Positions 41,001-49,200 of a stretch of 64,000 nt of DNA are shown piece by piece. Within the stretch, counting starts at the first letter, position 1. Each line of letters opens with the position of its first letter. The notes under the pieces were generated by a model. That model saw nothing but the letters and a program-made list of their open reading frames with translations. It was not told where the DNA came from and searched no databases. A program made the translations under genes and the position numbers. This stretch comes from a virus: IMG/VR virus record IMGVR_UViG_3300020061_000004, positions 1 through 64,000 of that record; one strand, given 5' to 3'.

Positions 41001-43654
41001 ACATTTACCTGTGGATTCTGAGGTTGTACAGTATTAGGAGTGAGTGTAATAGGCTGTACCTGTACTTTACTTCTAATATCCGCTATATTATCAAATAATT
41101 TCTTAAATCCACCTTTAGTTGTAAGACGAGCATAACTATCAGCAGCTATTTTATTTCTGGAGTTTAGATATGCAATATCCTTACTCCTACCCATAACATC
41201 TTTTATGATAGTAGGATCAAACTTCTTTGCTCCAAATGGGGCATAAGCTTGATTATAATCTTGAGCATATTTATTAAATACGTTAAAGAGTAAATCTTGA
41301 TATGATTTTTGAGAAGCTTTTTCATCCTTCTGATCTAAAGAATCATCAATAAGAGAAACACGTTCTAATAGGTTATCTTTCTCTTTCTGAGACTCTTTAT
41401 CACCAAGCTTAATACCTTCATTTAAAATAGAAATACGACTTAAATAGTCTTGTTTAAGACTATGCATACCCACATCACTACCAAGTTTCTCAACTTCATC
41501 AGCATTTACAGCTGTATGAGCAGCTATTTCAGAACGCATCTGAGAGATACGATTATTAGAATCTCTTGCCACACTCATAGAGTAGGTGAGTTGATTCTTA
41601 GTATCTTGATATATCAGATATTTTTCATTCTCTTTATCCTGTTCGGCTTTCTGCTCTGCATTCTTGTAATTACCAGTACCTTTATAGTTAAAGGGATTTA
41701 CAAATGTTCTATCTACTCTATCGTGTATATCTTTAATAGAAGCTGCTGTACTCTTTAATGTACTAACATAATCTGCTACTAATTTTTTATTAGCATCAGT
41801 TTGAGGAATATTAAATTCTTTTTGAAATTCATCCTGACTAAGCTTATTTAGTTCATCTAATTGATCAAGACGAGTTTCATACTTATTCTGCTCAATACCA
41901 GACACAACGAAGTTAACCATCTGCTCATGCTGATAGTTCTTGAATAAGAATGGATTATTAGCCTTAGCAGCAGCCAGCATATCATCTTGGATAGCATCAG
42001 CAGCTACTTGTTCTCCATATTTATTCTCAAATACTCCTGTAAGAGTTTTGGCATTAAGTCCTTTAAGAACATCTTGTATTTGTTGCTTACGATCAGGAGC
42101 TTCTATACCTCTTATTTTATGGTATATATGTTCTCCAGCACTATATAAAGCACCACCAAGAACACCATCAATAATATTCTCCCATCCTTCCTGAGTACCT
42201 AAAGTCTTAGACATACCAAGACCAAAACTCTTCATGAAGTTATTAGTCTGATCTATAGATGGTTGATGATACTTACGTTTGTAATAATCGTCTACACCAT
42301 TCTGTATAGCAAACTGCGATCCTTCTTCAAAACCTTCTGATAAACTTTCTGTAAGTAGTTCAACAGGTTTACTACTAGTAATAGCTTTTCCTATTCTAGC
42401 AAATGTATTAGTTGGCTGTACAGCTTCAAATATATCTCTACTACCTTCTTTAAGAGCAACTCTTATACCTGTCTTAGCTTCTGCTTCTACGGCATCTTTA
42501 ATGACATTAAAAGGCTTTAGTAAGCTACCCCACTGAATAGAGTTAGTGGCAGCTAATAGAGCTGTATTTAAGAGAAAACGTGTATTACCAGCAGTTTTTG
42601 CTGTATCATATATTTTCTGTTGAGCTTCATAATCTGGCATTTTGCCATTATTATTGAAGTATTCTTGAGTAAGGTCTTTATTTAATTGATTAAATCCATC
42701 AAGTCCTTCAAATGCAGCTTCACCAACACCTGATGTAATCATGTTGGCACCCCATAGTCCTTTTCTCACTGCATAGTTAAACTTATCAATACCTTTTAAT
42801 CCTTTGATGATATCATCAGCAGATTTTATAGAACCTTTTAATCCAGCAAGTCCTTCTTCACCAAAATTAATAAGTTTACCAAGTCTATATACTGCTTTGT
42901 TGATCTGTAAGGCAGCAAGAGGCACTTCTCCCACTCCACCTGTAACAGCACCAACAACAGCATCTTCTACTAAGCTTCCACCAATAGCACCAATAGTGAA
43001 ACCTGTCTGTTGTAATATATTACCCCATCCATTACCAGCATTACCATAGAATGGAACAAGATTTAAGAATGGATGTTGTCTTTCCCAGTTTGTTTCATAG
43101 TTAGGCATAGCATTCTCTGCCCAGTTCTGCATATCAGTAGCCCAAGTATTAGTGGGGTTATTCCACACCTTATCAATATTTCCCTCTTTTGCAGCAGATA
43201 TCATATTAGGAATATCCATCAATGAATTGGCAAAACTTCCTACTGTTGTTACAGCAAGTTTACCAAAACGGTTTCCCATCTGCTTAACCCAACTTTGATT
43301 CTCTCCATACCAGTTTGATATATTTGGGTCATCAGGAGTAAATCCTCCATATGCATCTGTCAAATAGGGATCAGCAACAGACTTATTAGTATATTTAAAA
43401 TCAGTTAAGAAGTTAGTTGGTGTATTTTTTATAGCACCTAACATTGCAGCATATGCAGGATTAACCTTTGAATTTCCTGCTAAAGTATTTGGAGCACCAT
43501 CATTGAATAGAAGGTTTGGTGCTGTTGGTGCATCAACAACATTGGTACGATCTATTACACGTCCTAAGTCCTTGTTTATATCATAATTAGAAGCCGGAAT
43601 AGCAGTCTGCTGTCCCGGCTGAATATCTGTAGATATGGGAGTAGTTCCAGCCAT
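32048..43654 (-). CDS. Giant virion-packaged DNA-dependent RNA polymerase polyprotein (crAss-type two-barrel RNAP)
   Basis: RIPSQ...GADFDLDK catalytic loop (33167-33181), HEAFH zincin domain, PD-(D/E)xK domain, and hydrophobic Gly/Ala N-terminal segments. Confidence 0.88.
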   Translation of the reverse strand: MAGTTPISTDIQPGQQTAIPASNYDINKDLGRVIDRTNVVDAPTAPNLLFNDGAPNTLAGNSKVNPAYAAMLGAIKNTPTNFLTDFKYTNKSVADPYLTDAYGGFTPDDPNISNWYGENQSWVKQMGNRFGKLAVTTVGSFANSLMDIPNMISAAKEGNIDKVWNNPTNTWATDMQNWAENAMPNYETNWERQHPFLNLVPFYGNAGNGWGNILQQTGFTIGAIGGSLVEDAVVGAVTGGVGEVPLAALQINKAVYRLGKLINFGEEGLAGLKGSIKSADDIIKGLKGIDKFNYAVRKGLWGANMITSGVGEAAFEGLDGFNQLNKDLTQEYFNNNGKMPDYEAQQKIYDTAKTAGNTRFLLNTALLAATNSIQWGSLLKPFNVIKDAVEAEAKTGIRVALKEGSRDIFEAVQPTNTFARIGKAITSSKPVELLTESLSEGFEEGSQFAIQNGVDDYYKRKYHQPSIDQTNNFMKSFGLGMSKTLGTQEGWENIIDGVLGGALYSAGEHIYHKIRGIEAPDRKQQIQDVLKGLNAKTLTGVFENKYGEQVAADAIQDDMLAAAKANNPFLFKNYQHEQMVNFVVSGIEQNKYETRLDQLDELNKLSQDEFQKEFNIPQTDANKKLVADYVSTLKSTAASIKDIHDRVDRTFVNPFNYKGTGNYKNAEQKAEQDKENEKYLIYQDTKNQLTYSMSVARDSNNRISQMRSEIAAHTAVNADEVEKLGSDVGMHSLKQDYLSRISILNEGIKLGDKESQKEKDNLLERVSLIDDSLDQKDEKASQKSYQDLLFNVFNKYAQDYNQAYAPFGAKKFDPTIIKDVMGRSKDIAYLNSRNKIAADSYARLTTKGGFKKLFDNIADIRSKVQVQPITLTPNTVQPQNPQVNVVAQQAAQANGLSTGTGLAASQQQGQGELTESTQVLDDEKKRTYYNALLNVIDGKDKAASDDLDNVDELSTVDDLKMTNPNVNLSEYTQVKSSDGKNYYIHNSNVAAIRAQAVTLNTAANAASQKASKPIVPPSPPQPQPAGAGAGREALRTEDYFNKALVPADLKVPFQEAIQYETSAEFKADMTIRIQPLSPERQQAYNDQKANNTYTQLKGYPGVYSSLSPIDMSILHTGDEVAKLATPDRLLFNVNNQLVTLDKLTAQQYANFTSRPAAQYAADLEQYNAMVALKNYFAIQFKNNNNQAITLSEEQLEKLVDVKLTYGELDLIPPGGERPLYSELENTTHVFKGSNGQDVQSQVIISIPRVYNNDIGGYVKSDIMEFIYSPAFYDNNADSKELKAKIAGDVTRIHALGTRYVGVTQTPDGALHYVALTPGQLGEQAESALFNSLKDRAQLSGETNFAESTKELADGQLLIGDQVVYYKYPNAEAKAYNDTFNEGIDNQLFISDPDGKKNFNLSVSPIGAIRMEIYDKDTKAGYTLYIAPTRVATIKNLGEMIDLFNKEAVKVGTVKKGMTQEQIDKATAFAALKVNFSASQFRENIAKDSETNADAAGNALSSATTTNVFKNGTLRITPNYKEISSAYKAAGGTERNNPANQNAVSSGANLQTSQDIMAAVIASQTEVQGRTADQQFYIIRGENYRRVTNVIPNDFDGDSSLYENARVAGSTVDGIVRDFFSGKTATKPAGISDEAHTSIIKALTEIKKTIEDRGEKFISNNIVLFDPVSKIAGEVDILSVDKDGNYSIYDIKTAKDFGKYDDSYNGKMTKRQNHTNQLSAYSNLFQNEFGVKPKRLGILPFQIAYDGKGNITSVEKQKGINIVYNPEISSVVPLTSGVFQMPAPSIPVQEMIAPSPITLPSKGIFGGLTQVDTDDQGNPLGMVSPQEIRDAKATSNFNQESNEDKVFTSADEALGSVGVQFSNTPQGTVFRDAETGEILDNLSGMSARELAKSMGLNLDIPKGANQDIDFDFKLGENGVKELNTILDVEKARQYISDNLPSFIKMADISEVLDRIAIKGQVWGAFSNGVIYLNSDAPAGTEYHEAFHGVFRMLLSDAEIDRYLSEAQKGLYNQLKSEGKSINQYLKERRDLGLYNTLSNSQALDRLYEEYMADKFQGWKAKKESAGIFDKLFDAIRRFFKWFSKSGKDLDMLFRDIDTGVYKYHDIAANRFTTEMPEEDYGNPEIALSLIPARPGVMQVGKGQITIKRNMDPKTSTQTVQSVASYYNTYRMLDKYRNISDDTLLNTILDDLQGLYSINNPLYAGKSEAEMNRILSSDQAYVYSNPESRDIIKKGAIEYVNTIKYIEQFREEDKEDSEQDKGQPSTGYNNTSENIGGLSSLPGLLRQYIGFTSYDKVDEFGNSQLIEGVPTVNTVDSRAVYYGLLRSVANITDPIKFFQKMIMFSNGNEQSRHFVEKFIKETGLNVQALFEENRLEATINPALVEMVRKGFNKFRVDYLFNEVDVKKSITKSYPANRKNVENTQFDKWSNEYGDNYAKYSDDAQKAIRDNVNDIRSIFDERIVTKYDATKLSDDVTRVQNTLSQVGIRLSSEYIKYSILSKNARLFDALNEKYKKEGVELQFDDPKNKFINKQDYEYVQIMKTADETTLNGEDLEQLTRLLTGGSNPYFKDLKEVEQIDDNTQQVTKVNEEIDTAMIGRLLNIAKGNSLFDETVGESSFTNAEDKIVYGHQDGTFNINFSYQLRDAAFRKQLREQGYREATTAYRDAYDSEWLTDNFLMKSPDFEAIADNLLVNRIDGLKAVETNKAGKVVTAEFRDQKDGITYGHYSPREFLINFMNIYSSYAKTQRNGKTSVVTTPHLIRVLEASSTGDTVNLPILSDMYKASGVTQKVKDIIFNEFKREFNRINRVNTEIGTIKSNVVENYHTGNFGTDSQGNEDRSVILKGYRGLQFTESFTALLPKTVLDRMAGIARSSTAVISEQDEKYIKDQLAVSLNKMVDDTLNLLVTEGIINKDNKGKYSNVFLHSDYFNGNESINLSKDKFTDNVGHVIMNNFINTLAYNQILHGDPALSLKDAVDAVKRAKGDNAAIKSMRTDLIAPELGITQPFTHSNIGIFKEPISADGTKIADAQMYTTVTGLRYTLWGLAQLTPRVARVLDALEAGENIHSIKAANGKEFDAIFDKDNGLLRWDEMTNSMKLIFKDGKSYFKMSVVVLQPNLTSMKDENGNWKAIPGWETLHNLRTRMEDQSMHFAAPESASKMMTMDVGRAKDFSDLVGHPYDNTYFGLQTANPSNKLEITTPTQLLQLIDGEQDDESEVSISGTTYTIGQVRDIYQTAIANKVSNNFEAARNEIYNIQDFNNDVEKSIAEGKVTPQLANFQKRAISTLEASGGDAQLLDFFSLDENGIPKYNLNMSATKFKFQQLYLAYFSKGVLSQKNPGYTVALFSGIDTKTIRRAKRIENGVVVEWDHIRRDHYVNNRQNVQAETILHSIDQVTEEGQLYLDELRHNVTEYDSDGNDTGRRYSEMMLPPHFKEFLDIADTDQIPESIAMGLGVRIPSQDKNSFMALRIIDFLPANLGSTAMFSKDLVRLSGADFDLDKEYITRYDFYTEYRDGKPQFRKYGDARSSEAQWGEYKDYMKKNNKTLKGAISEIMGQPMNAGLLQDINLSPVEKENVKNSIVEAALKQVGLPSTQEEFEEASKTKELNNGILNNKILDSYISLLTNKGIREIADESSSMEALSEIQGRGELTLRDKNDKVVGKVFGKKSSFPGDSMGGQYQAFKNNSAGKDNIGIDVNASLIYSILNKAGIKVRETEKIQPFRFDGMTFDSFGGNNELNLDSESKQFDGRRTNGVYSALTSAATDEAKEQLNALYNLSVDALKIVNYMVGLKVPLTTAVYMVNQPGISTYLNIKSVKQNTLQTPQEERLFKKHFEEEAVARLEKSILDYHEMSDDDLYANLQQSGIFELQCD

Positions 43655-43656
43655 TA

Positions 43657-46173
43657 TTATTTGTTTGAAGGTGCCATTTTACTTATATTATCAATTGCTT
43701 CGTCTATAGTTTTAAATCTTGTTAATGCTTCTACGGCATTTTGAGCATGAACATATGTAGGCATGTACATATTGTTTAGTATAATTTTATTTCCCGCCTT
43801 ATTATGAATTCTTAAAAAGACACTTTTATCATTTGGATCATCAGGATTAACTTTTACCATATCATACTTTAATTCATAGTTTCTTCCTGATGTAGTTACT
43901 AGATCATTTACTTTTCCATTTAATCTCAAAGCAAAATCATATCCTGAAAAAGGTTTAACTTCATTACCAAATCCTAATATTTGTTGCTGAGATGGATCAA
44001 CTGGAATTCTTAATACTTTATAATCTTCAGGTTTATTACCTGTCTTATAATTAACAGTAACTGTCGGTGTCAGGTTTCCTTCGAGAGTACTATATCCTTT
44101 ATCTATTACTTGAATATTATTCATATTAAGTCCTACAGATGAAAATCCTTGATTCTCAGTACCATCTTCATTATAAGCATGCAAGTTACCACTTTTTACG
44201 TTACCTTCCAACATTTTTGCTATATTTTTATCTTTATCATCAGTAATAGTTACACGAGGTGCTCTAAATACTTCAGATGCTGATCCTATTAAAGCATTAC
44301 GTTCACTATCTCTATTCTGTAGATAAGCAGACATTGCTTTTGAGTCAATTCCTGGAAGTTCTCCATCAGGACTAGCCCCTATAGCTGCAAGCTTTTGTGC
44401 TTTTTGAGCATTAGCATTATCTATAACTTGCTGTCCATATAATATTTTACCATTAACTCTTCTATTTGGTATTCTTCCACTACTAAATAAATCATGTTCT
44501 TTCTGAATAGCTTGTACTGCATTATACTTAGCTAACTTATCTGGTGTAGCACCATATTTCTGCTGAATCTGTTTATCGATTCCTGTATAATAATTATCTA
44601 TAGCTTCTATTTCTTTTTGATTTTCCTGATACTTTTTAGCATATGATTTAAATTCAGGATCAAGTTGCTCAAAATTTATTTGTTTACCCTGTGTAAGAGA
44701 ATCTAATGCTGCAAATTTTTGTTGCATTGCTGCTCGCATTTCAGGTGTAAGATTTACAACTATATGACCATTAGGTAATAAATCAGATGTTGTAACATTA
44801 TCATCATCTTTCAGATGTGCTAAAGTCTTAGCATACTGTAGCTTTAATTGTTCATTAGCTGCTACTAAATCAGTCTTTCTACTATCAAGATTATCTTTAG
44901 TTACCTCATTAGCCTGAGTAGTTTTTGCTGCATTATATCCAGGAAGTCCACTATAATCAGGTTGTCCATTTTTTCCAACACGACCTCTTGATGTATTATT
45001 CTGTCTAGCATTAGGGTCTTGAATGATAGTAGTATGTCCAAAATCATCTTGGAAGTACATTAAACCATCCTTAGCCATTTCTATCTCCTGCTGTTTAGCA
45101 TCATGTCCTTGCTGATATGCAAACTTCTGTTTATCCATTTCATACTTCAACTTGAACATCTTATCTGTTGCAGGCTGGAGTTTGGTAGTAGCTTCACTAA
45201 AAGCATATCTATCTTGTAAACCTTTTAGTTTATCATTTAGATAGAGATTTTCCTTGATTTGTTCTGCATTCTTTCTTACAGGTGAAAGAAGTGTATTTAT
45301 TTGATTAGTAGTACTATCAATTAATTGTTGATATTTGTCTTGATCCTGAATATTTACAGAAGCTTTCAGTTTAGTTTTATAGTCATCTAATTGACTCGTA
45401 GCTACACCAACTTTCTTATAAGTCTCAGCATCATAAGCTTTAGTAAGATCAGACACAGGAAGATTCTGATATTGATAACGTCCTTCTATAGCAAGTTGCT
45501 GACGCTGTTCAGGAGTAAGCATTTTCTGTGCTGTATCCCATATCTGATCAGGTGATACTATCTTCTGGGTATCAATACGATACATTAGTCCCTTATCTGT
45601 AATAGTAGTACTAACATTTGGATGTGCAGCTATTTTTTCAAATAACTTACTCCAATCATCTTCATATTTAACATATGGAGTGATTTCACCTGCACCTGCA
45701 CCAACTGAAGCACCTGCTTTATCATCATTAAACCAGTCTGAGAACTTATTCATATCATACCATTCATTGGCAGGATTCCAGTTCTTAGGGTTCTTTTCTT
45801 TTAATGTTTTATATTGATCTTGAACATAGCGAAATGCCCTAGTTCCAGCTATGGCATTAATTACTGTAGGATCATTATATATCTGAGGAGCAAGACCAGC
45901 TATCTGGTTGGTGATATTAGGATCACTATAATCTACACCACCTATATTATTAGTAGTTTCTACTAGGTTATTTATCTTAGAGTTGAGATAATCCTTATCC
46001 ACACCTCTCACTACATCAAGAGAGGAGGCTTGATCAATTGCACCTTGTACCTTATTTACACCTTGATCAAATTGAGACTGTTTAGTCTCAAGAACACGAC
46101 CCAGTAGATTTAGGTCTACTGGAGTCGTGTAATCATTAGGCTTATGAATTATAGAGGCGTGAGAAATGGGCAT
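43657..46173 (-). CDS. Putative ejection/cargo protein
   Basis: 838 aa, helical, no Cys seen. Lies between cargo and RNAP genes as in crAss-like phages. Confidence 0.65.
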   Translation of the reverse strand: MPISHASIIHKPNDYTTPVDLNLLGRVLETKQSQFDQGVNKVQGAIDQASSLDVVRGVDKDYLNSKINNLVETTNNIGGVDYSDPNITNQIAGLAPQIYNDPTVINAIAGTRAFRYVQDQYKTLKEKNPKNWNPANEWYDMNKFSDWFNDDKAGASVGAGAGEITPYVKYEDDWSKLFEKIAAHPNVSTTITDKGLMYRIDTQKIVSPDQIWDTAQKMLTPEQRQQLAIEGRYQYQNLPVSDLTKAYDAETYKKVGVATSQLDDYKTKLKASVNIQDQDKYQQLIDSTTNQINTLLSPVRKNAEQIKENLYLNDKLKGLQDRYAFSEATTKLQPATDKMFKLKYEMDKQKFAYQQGHDAKQQEIEMAKDGLMYFQDDFGHTTIIQDPNARQNNTSRGRVGKNGQPDYSGLPGYNAAKTTQANEVTKDNLDSRKTDLVAANEQLKLQYAKTLAHLKDDDNVTTSDLLPNGHIVVNLTPEMRAAMQQKFAALDSLTQGKQINFEQLDPEFKSYAKKYQENQKEIEAIDNYYTGIDKQIQQKYGATPDKLAKYNAVQAIQKEHDLFSSGRIPNRRVNGKILYGQQVIDNANAQKAQKLAAIGASPDGELPGIDSKAMSAYLQNRDSERNALIGSASEVFRAPRVTITDDKDKNIAKMLEGNVKSGNLHAYNEDGTENQGFSSVGLNMNNIQVIDKGYSTLEGNLTPTVTVNYKTGNKPEDYKVLRIPVDPSQQQILGFGNEVKPFSGYDFALRLNGKVNDLVTTSGRNYELKYDMVKVNPDDPNDKSVFLRIHNKAGNKIILNNMYMPTYVHAQNAVEALTRFKTIDEAIDNISKMAPSNK

Positions 46174-46186
46174 AATCTAATTGTTA

Positions 46187-46227
46187 TACAAATATAAGCA
46201 TTTTCAAGTACTTATACGAACTTGTAA
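46187..46227 (-). promoter_or_regulatory. Putative late promoter
   Basis: TTACAAGTTC-N21-TATATTTGTA. Confidence 0.6.
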
Positions 46228-46237
46228 TTGAAATTGT

Positions 46238-49200
46238 TTATTTTACTTCTACTAGGTTATTTCCATCATACCTAAATACCTTACCTGCAAGTTTATAAGA
46301 CTTTCCGGGTGTAAAGGTTGTTACTCCTTTTGCAGACATGTTTTGGGGAGCAGTATATTGATTAGGCTGGATAGGAGTATTAGCAGTGAATGTAGGATTA
46401 TATCCGTTATAGTTACCATATTGATCAAATGCTTTAGACATCTTCTGAATAAGGTCTCCATTACGGTTTAAAGCTGCATTTTCAGCTACTGTCTTGTAAA
46501 GACTATCCAAAGCTGTAAGCTTCTGCTCCTGCTGTTTAGCCTTACCAGTAAGTACTTTTTCTTCGAAAGCTTCACGACTTTGCTGATCAGACTGAGCTTG
46601 CCTATCTCTAGCCTGAGTATTGTATTGAATCTCTTGATTCTTAATCTGGGCATTTTGATTCTCATAATTACCAATTACCTGATTGTTTAATGCATATTTA
46701 CGTGAAGCTAAGTTTGATATATTAGCTAACTGTGCTCCTATATTATTTGGAGCAGTTTCTTGTACAGCTTTAACAGCAGTATTGAAATCAGTTTCATTAG
46801 CATTTAATGCCGCTGTAGGATCAACCTGATGAAGCTGTAATTGATTTATCTTAGTAGGATTATATTTCTCTGCAAGACGTTCACTACCAGCAACATATGC
46901 ACCTATTGGAGAAGCAAGATCATACCAGTTAAGAGGTTGATTAAAATTACTCTTAGGTTGAGGTACTCTTTGTAAGTTATTAACTATAGGAGATGGTTGT
47001 ACTTTATCATTATACTGTCTTGGAGCTTGCTTTTGTGGTGGTATGTCATTATCAGTCCACATACGAGGTCCCACAGCCAGATTAACAAGGCGTTTACCAA
47101 GATTATTATCAGGATATAATTCTGCTAATTTCTGAAGATTTTCAGGGTCTTGTAATACTCCGGGTTTAAACTGTCCTCTTTTAACACCACTAGTAGCATC
47201 ATCCTTATCATATACAAGTCCTGCTTTAACAGCCTTATCATATCCTTGATTCTGGATACCTTCCTGCCACATTTGACGTATAGCATCAGGATTATTCTTT
47301 AATGCAAAGGTATAAGCAGCTCTCTGAAGATCAGCATTACTTTTAACATTAGCTACATTTACACCTGCTTTCTTAAGTTGATCAACATATTCATCAACTG
47401 TAGTATTATCAGGGAATGCATCTGAATTACCAGCAGGAGTGGTCTGTCCCGACTTATTTCCAGGATATGCTGTAACACCATTCTGAGCCTTCATTGTATA
47501 TTTCTTACCACCGTATTTCATCTCTTGATCACTAGAACCATCATTATTAATACCAAGAGCAGCTTTAGTCATTTCTTGATGATCAAATAGACGATTAAAT
47601 AGTTCTTCTTTAGTAGGAATTGCTTGGAAACTATCAATATTTAGTTTTGTTGAGTTCTGAGCATATTTATCGAGATAATTCTTTCCCTTACCTGCAAGTT
47701 CTATATTCTTAACAAGTTTACCTCTTTCCTTTTCAAGATTAGCATTTCCTTCTATGAGAGCTTGAGCATGAGACATGCTACTATTAGTATCAAGTCCTGT
47801 AAGTACTTTAATCTGTTCAGGATTAAGTCTTAAATACTTAGATATTTTATCTCCACGAAGTCTTGAAGTATTTTCTAATACACGGTGAACATCAGGAAGC
47901 ATTTCACCACCTTGTTCATGTGTATTACCATTAGGATCAACTTGCTGCATATTTCCTTGCTGATCAGTATATACTTCACCTTTCTCTGCTTCAACATTAG
48001 CTCTATCAGCCATACTATCAGGAAGTCCACCAACTTGCTGAATTCCTCCAGCTTGCATAATCATATTTTTATCAATTTCATATTCTGAAAGATCATTATA
48101 TAGATCACCACTTGTTCCTACTCCTCCATATTGTTTCTTAAGACTTGGATATTTTGCATATACTTTAGCCTTTACATCAGGTCTATGATGAAGTCCAGCT
48201 AGACGAAGAGCATCTCTACCATCTGCTTTAGTAGGAATAGGATATGAGCGATTTCCACCTGCAAAATCAACTTTCTTAACCATTGGATATGGATGACTCT
48301 TACTACCATAATCACTACTACGAGATAGACCACCTGCTTTCATAGTACTAGTAGGAGCAGCAGGTTGAGTTACTGTTGAATTCTGAGCAGGAGTAGGATT
48401 GGCATTATAATCCTTGAAATATCCTTCATCATTTAACTCTTTTGCACTCTGTAAACGAGCTTGTACATTATTATAAATACTACTATAAGATGCAGGTTTA
48501 AAACTTGCATTATCAATAAAGCTATCATCTTTCAAATAACCTTTATCTTGATAGGATTTTATCATCTTCTGCATATTTCCTTCTCCACCATTATAATTGG
48601 CTAGAAGAAAGAAATCCTGCTGCTTTGGTGTTAGTTTTACACCACTTTGCTTAGTATAAGCTGCTAATTGATCTTGAGACTGTCTCATCATAGCACTCTT
48701 AGCCATTAAAGCATCAGCATCAGTTTTAAATGCAGGAGCTTTCAAATCCATTCCACTACTACTTTCATTTTTTGTAGAAGCATCAAATGTTGTAAAATTA
48801 TTACTAAAACCTTTCGGTAAATAACCTTCTTTTTCTAAATCTTTAGCATTACCTGCAAAAGTATCAAGCCCATAATTATAGAAACCATCTACAGGATAAT
48901 CAGCAGCTTTATCTTTATTCTTACTAACCCAATCTACATATGCCTCAGAAGCATTTCCAGAGGCTTTTTTATCTACTGAACCACTCATACCCTCTTCCAT
49001 TGCGGAAGAGTATAGAAGAGCTGGATTAAGCTTATTTTGCCTTGCAGCAGAATATACCGCATCTCGTACATTACCTTGACTACTTTGGAATTCAGTATCT
49101 AGTTTATTTCCCCAATTATATCTACCTTGATCACTTAAATATGGATTATTAGCATATTTCTTTCTTAATGCATCTTTTGTAGGAAATTGTCCAGCAGACT

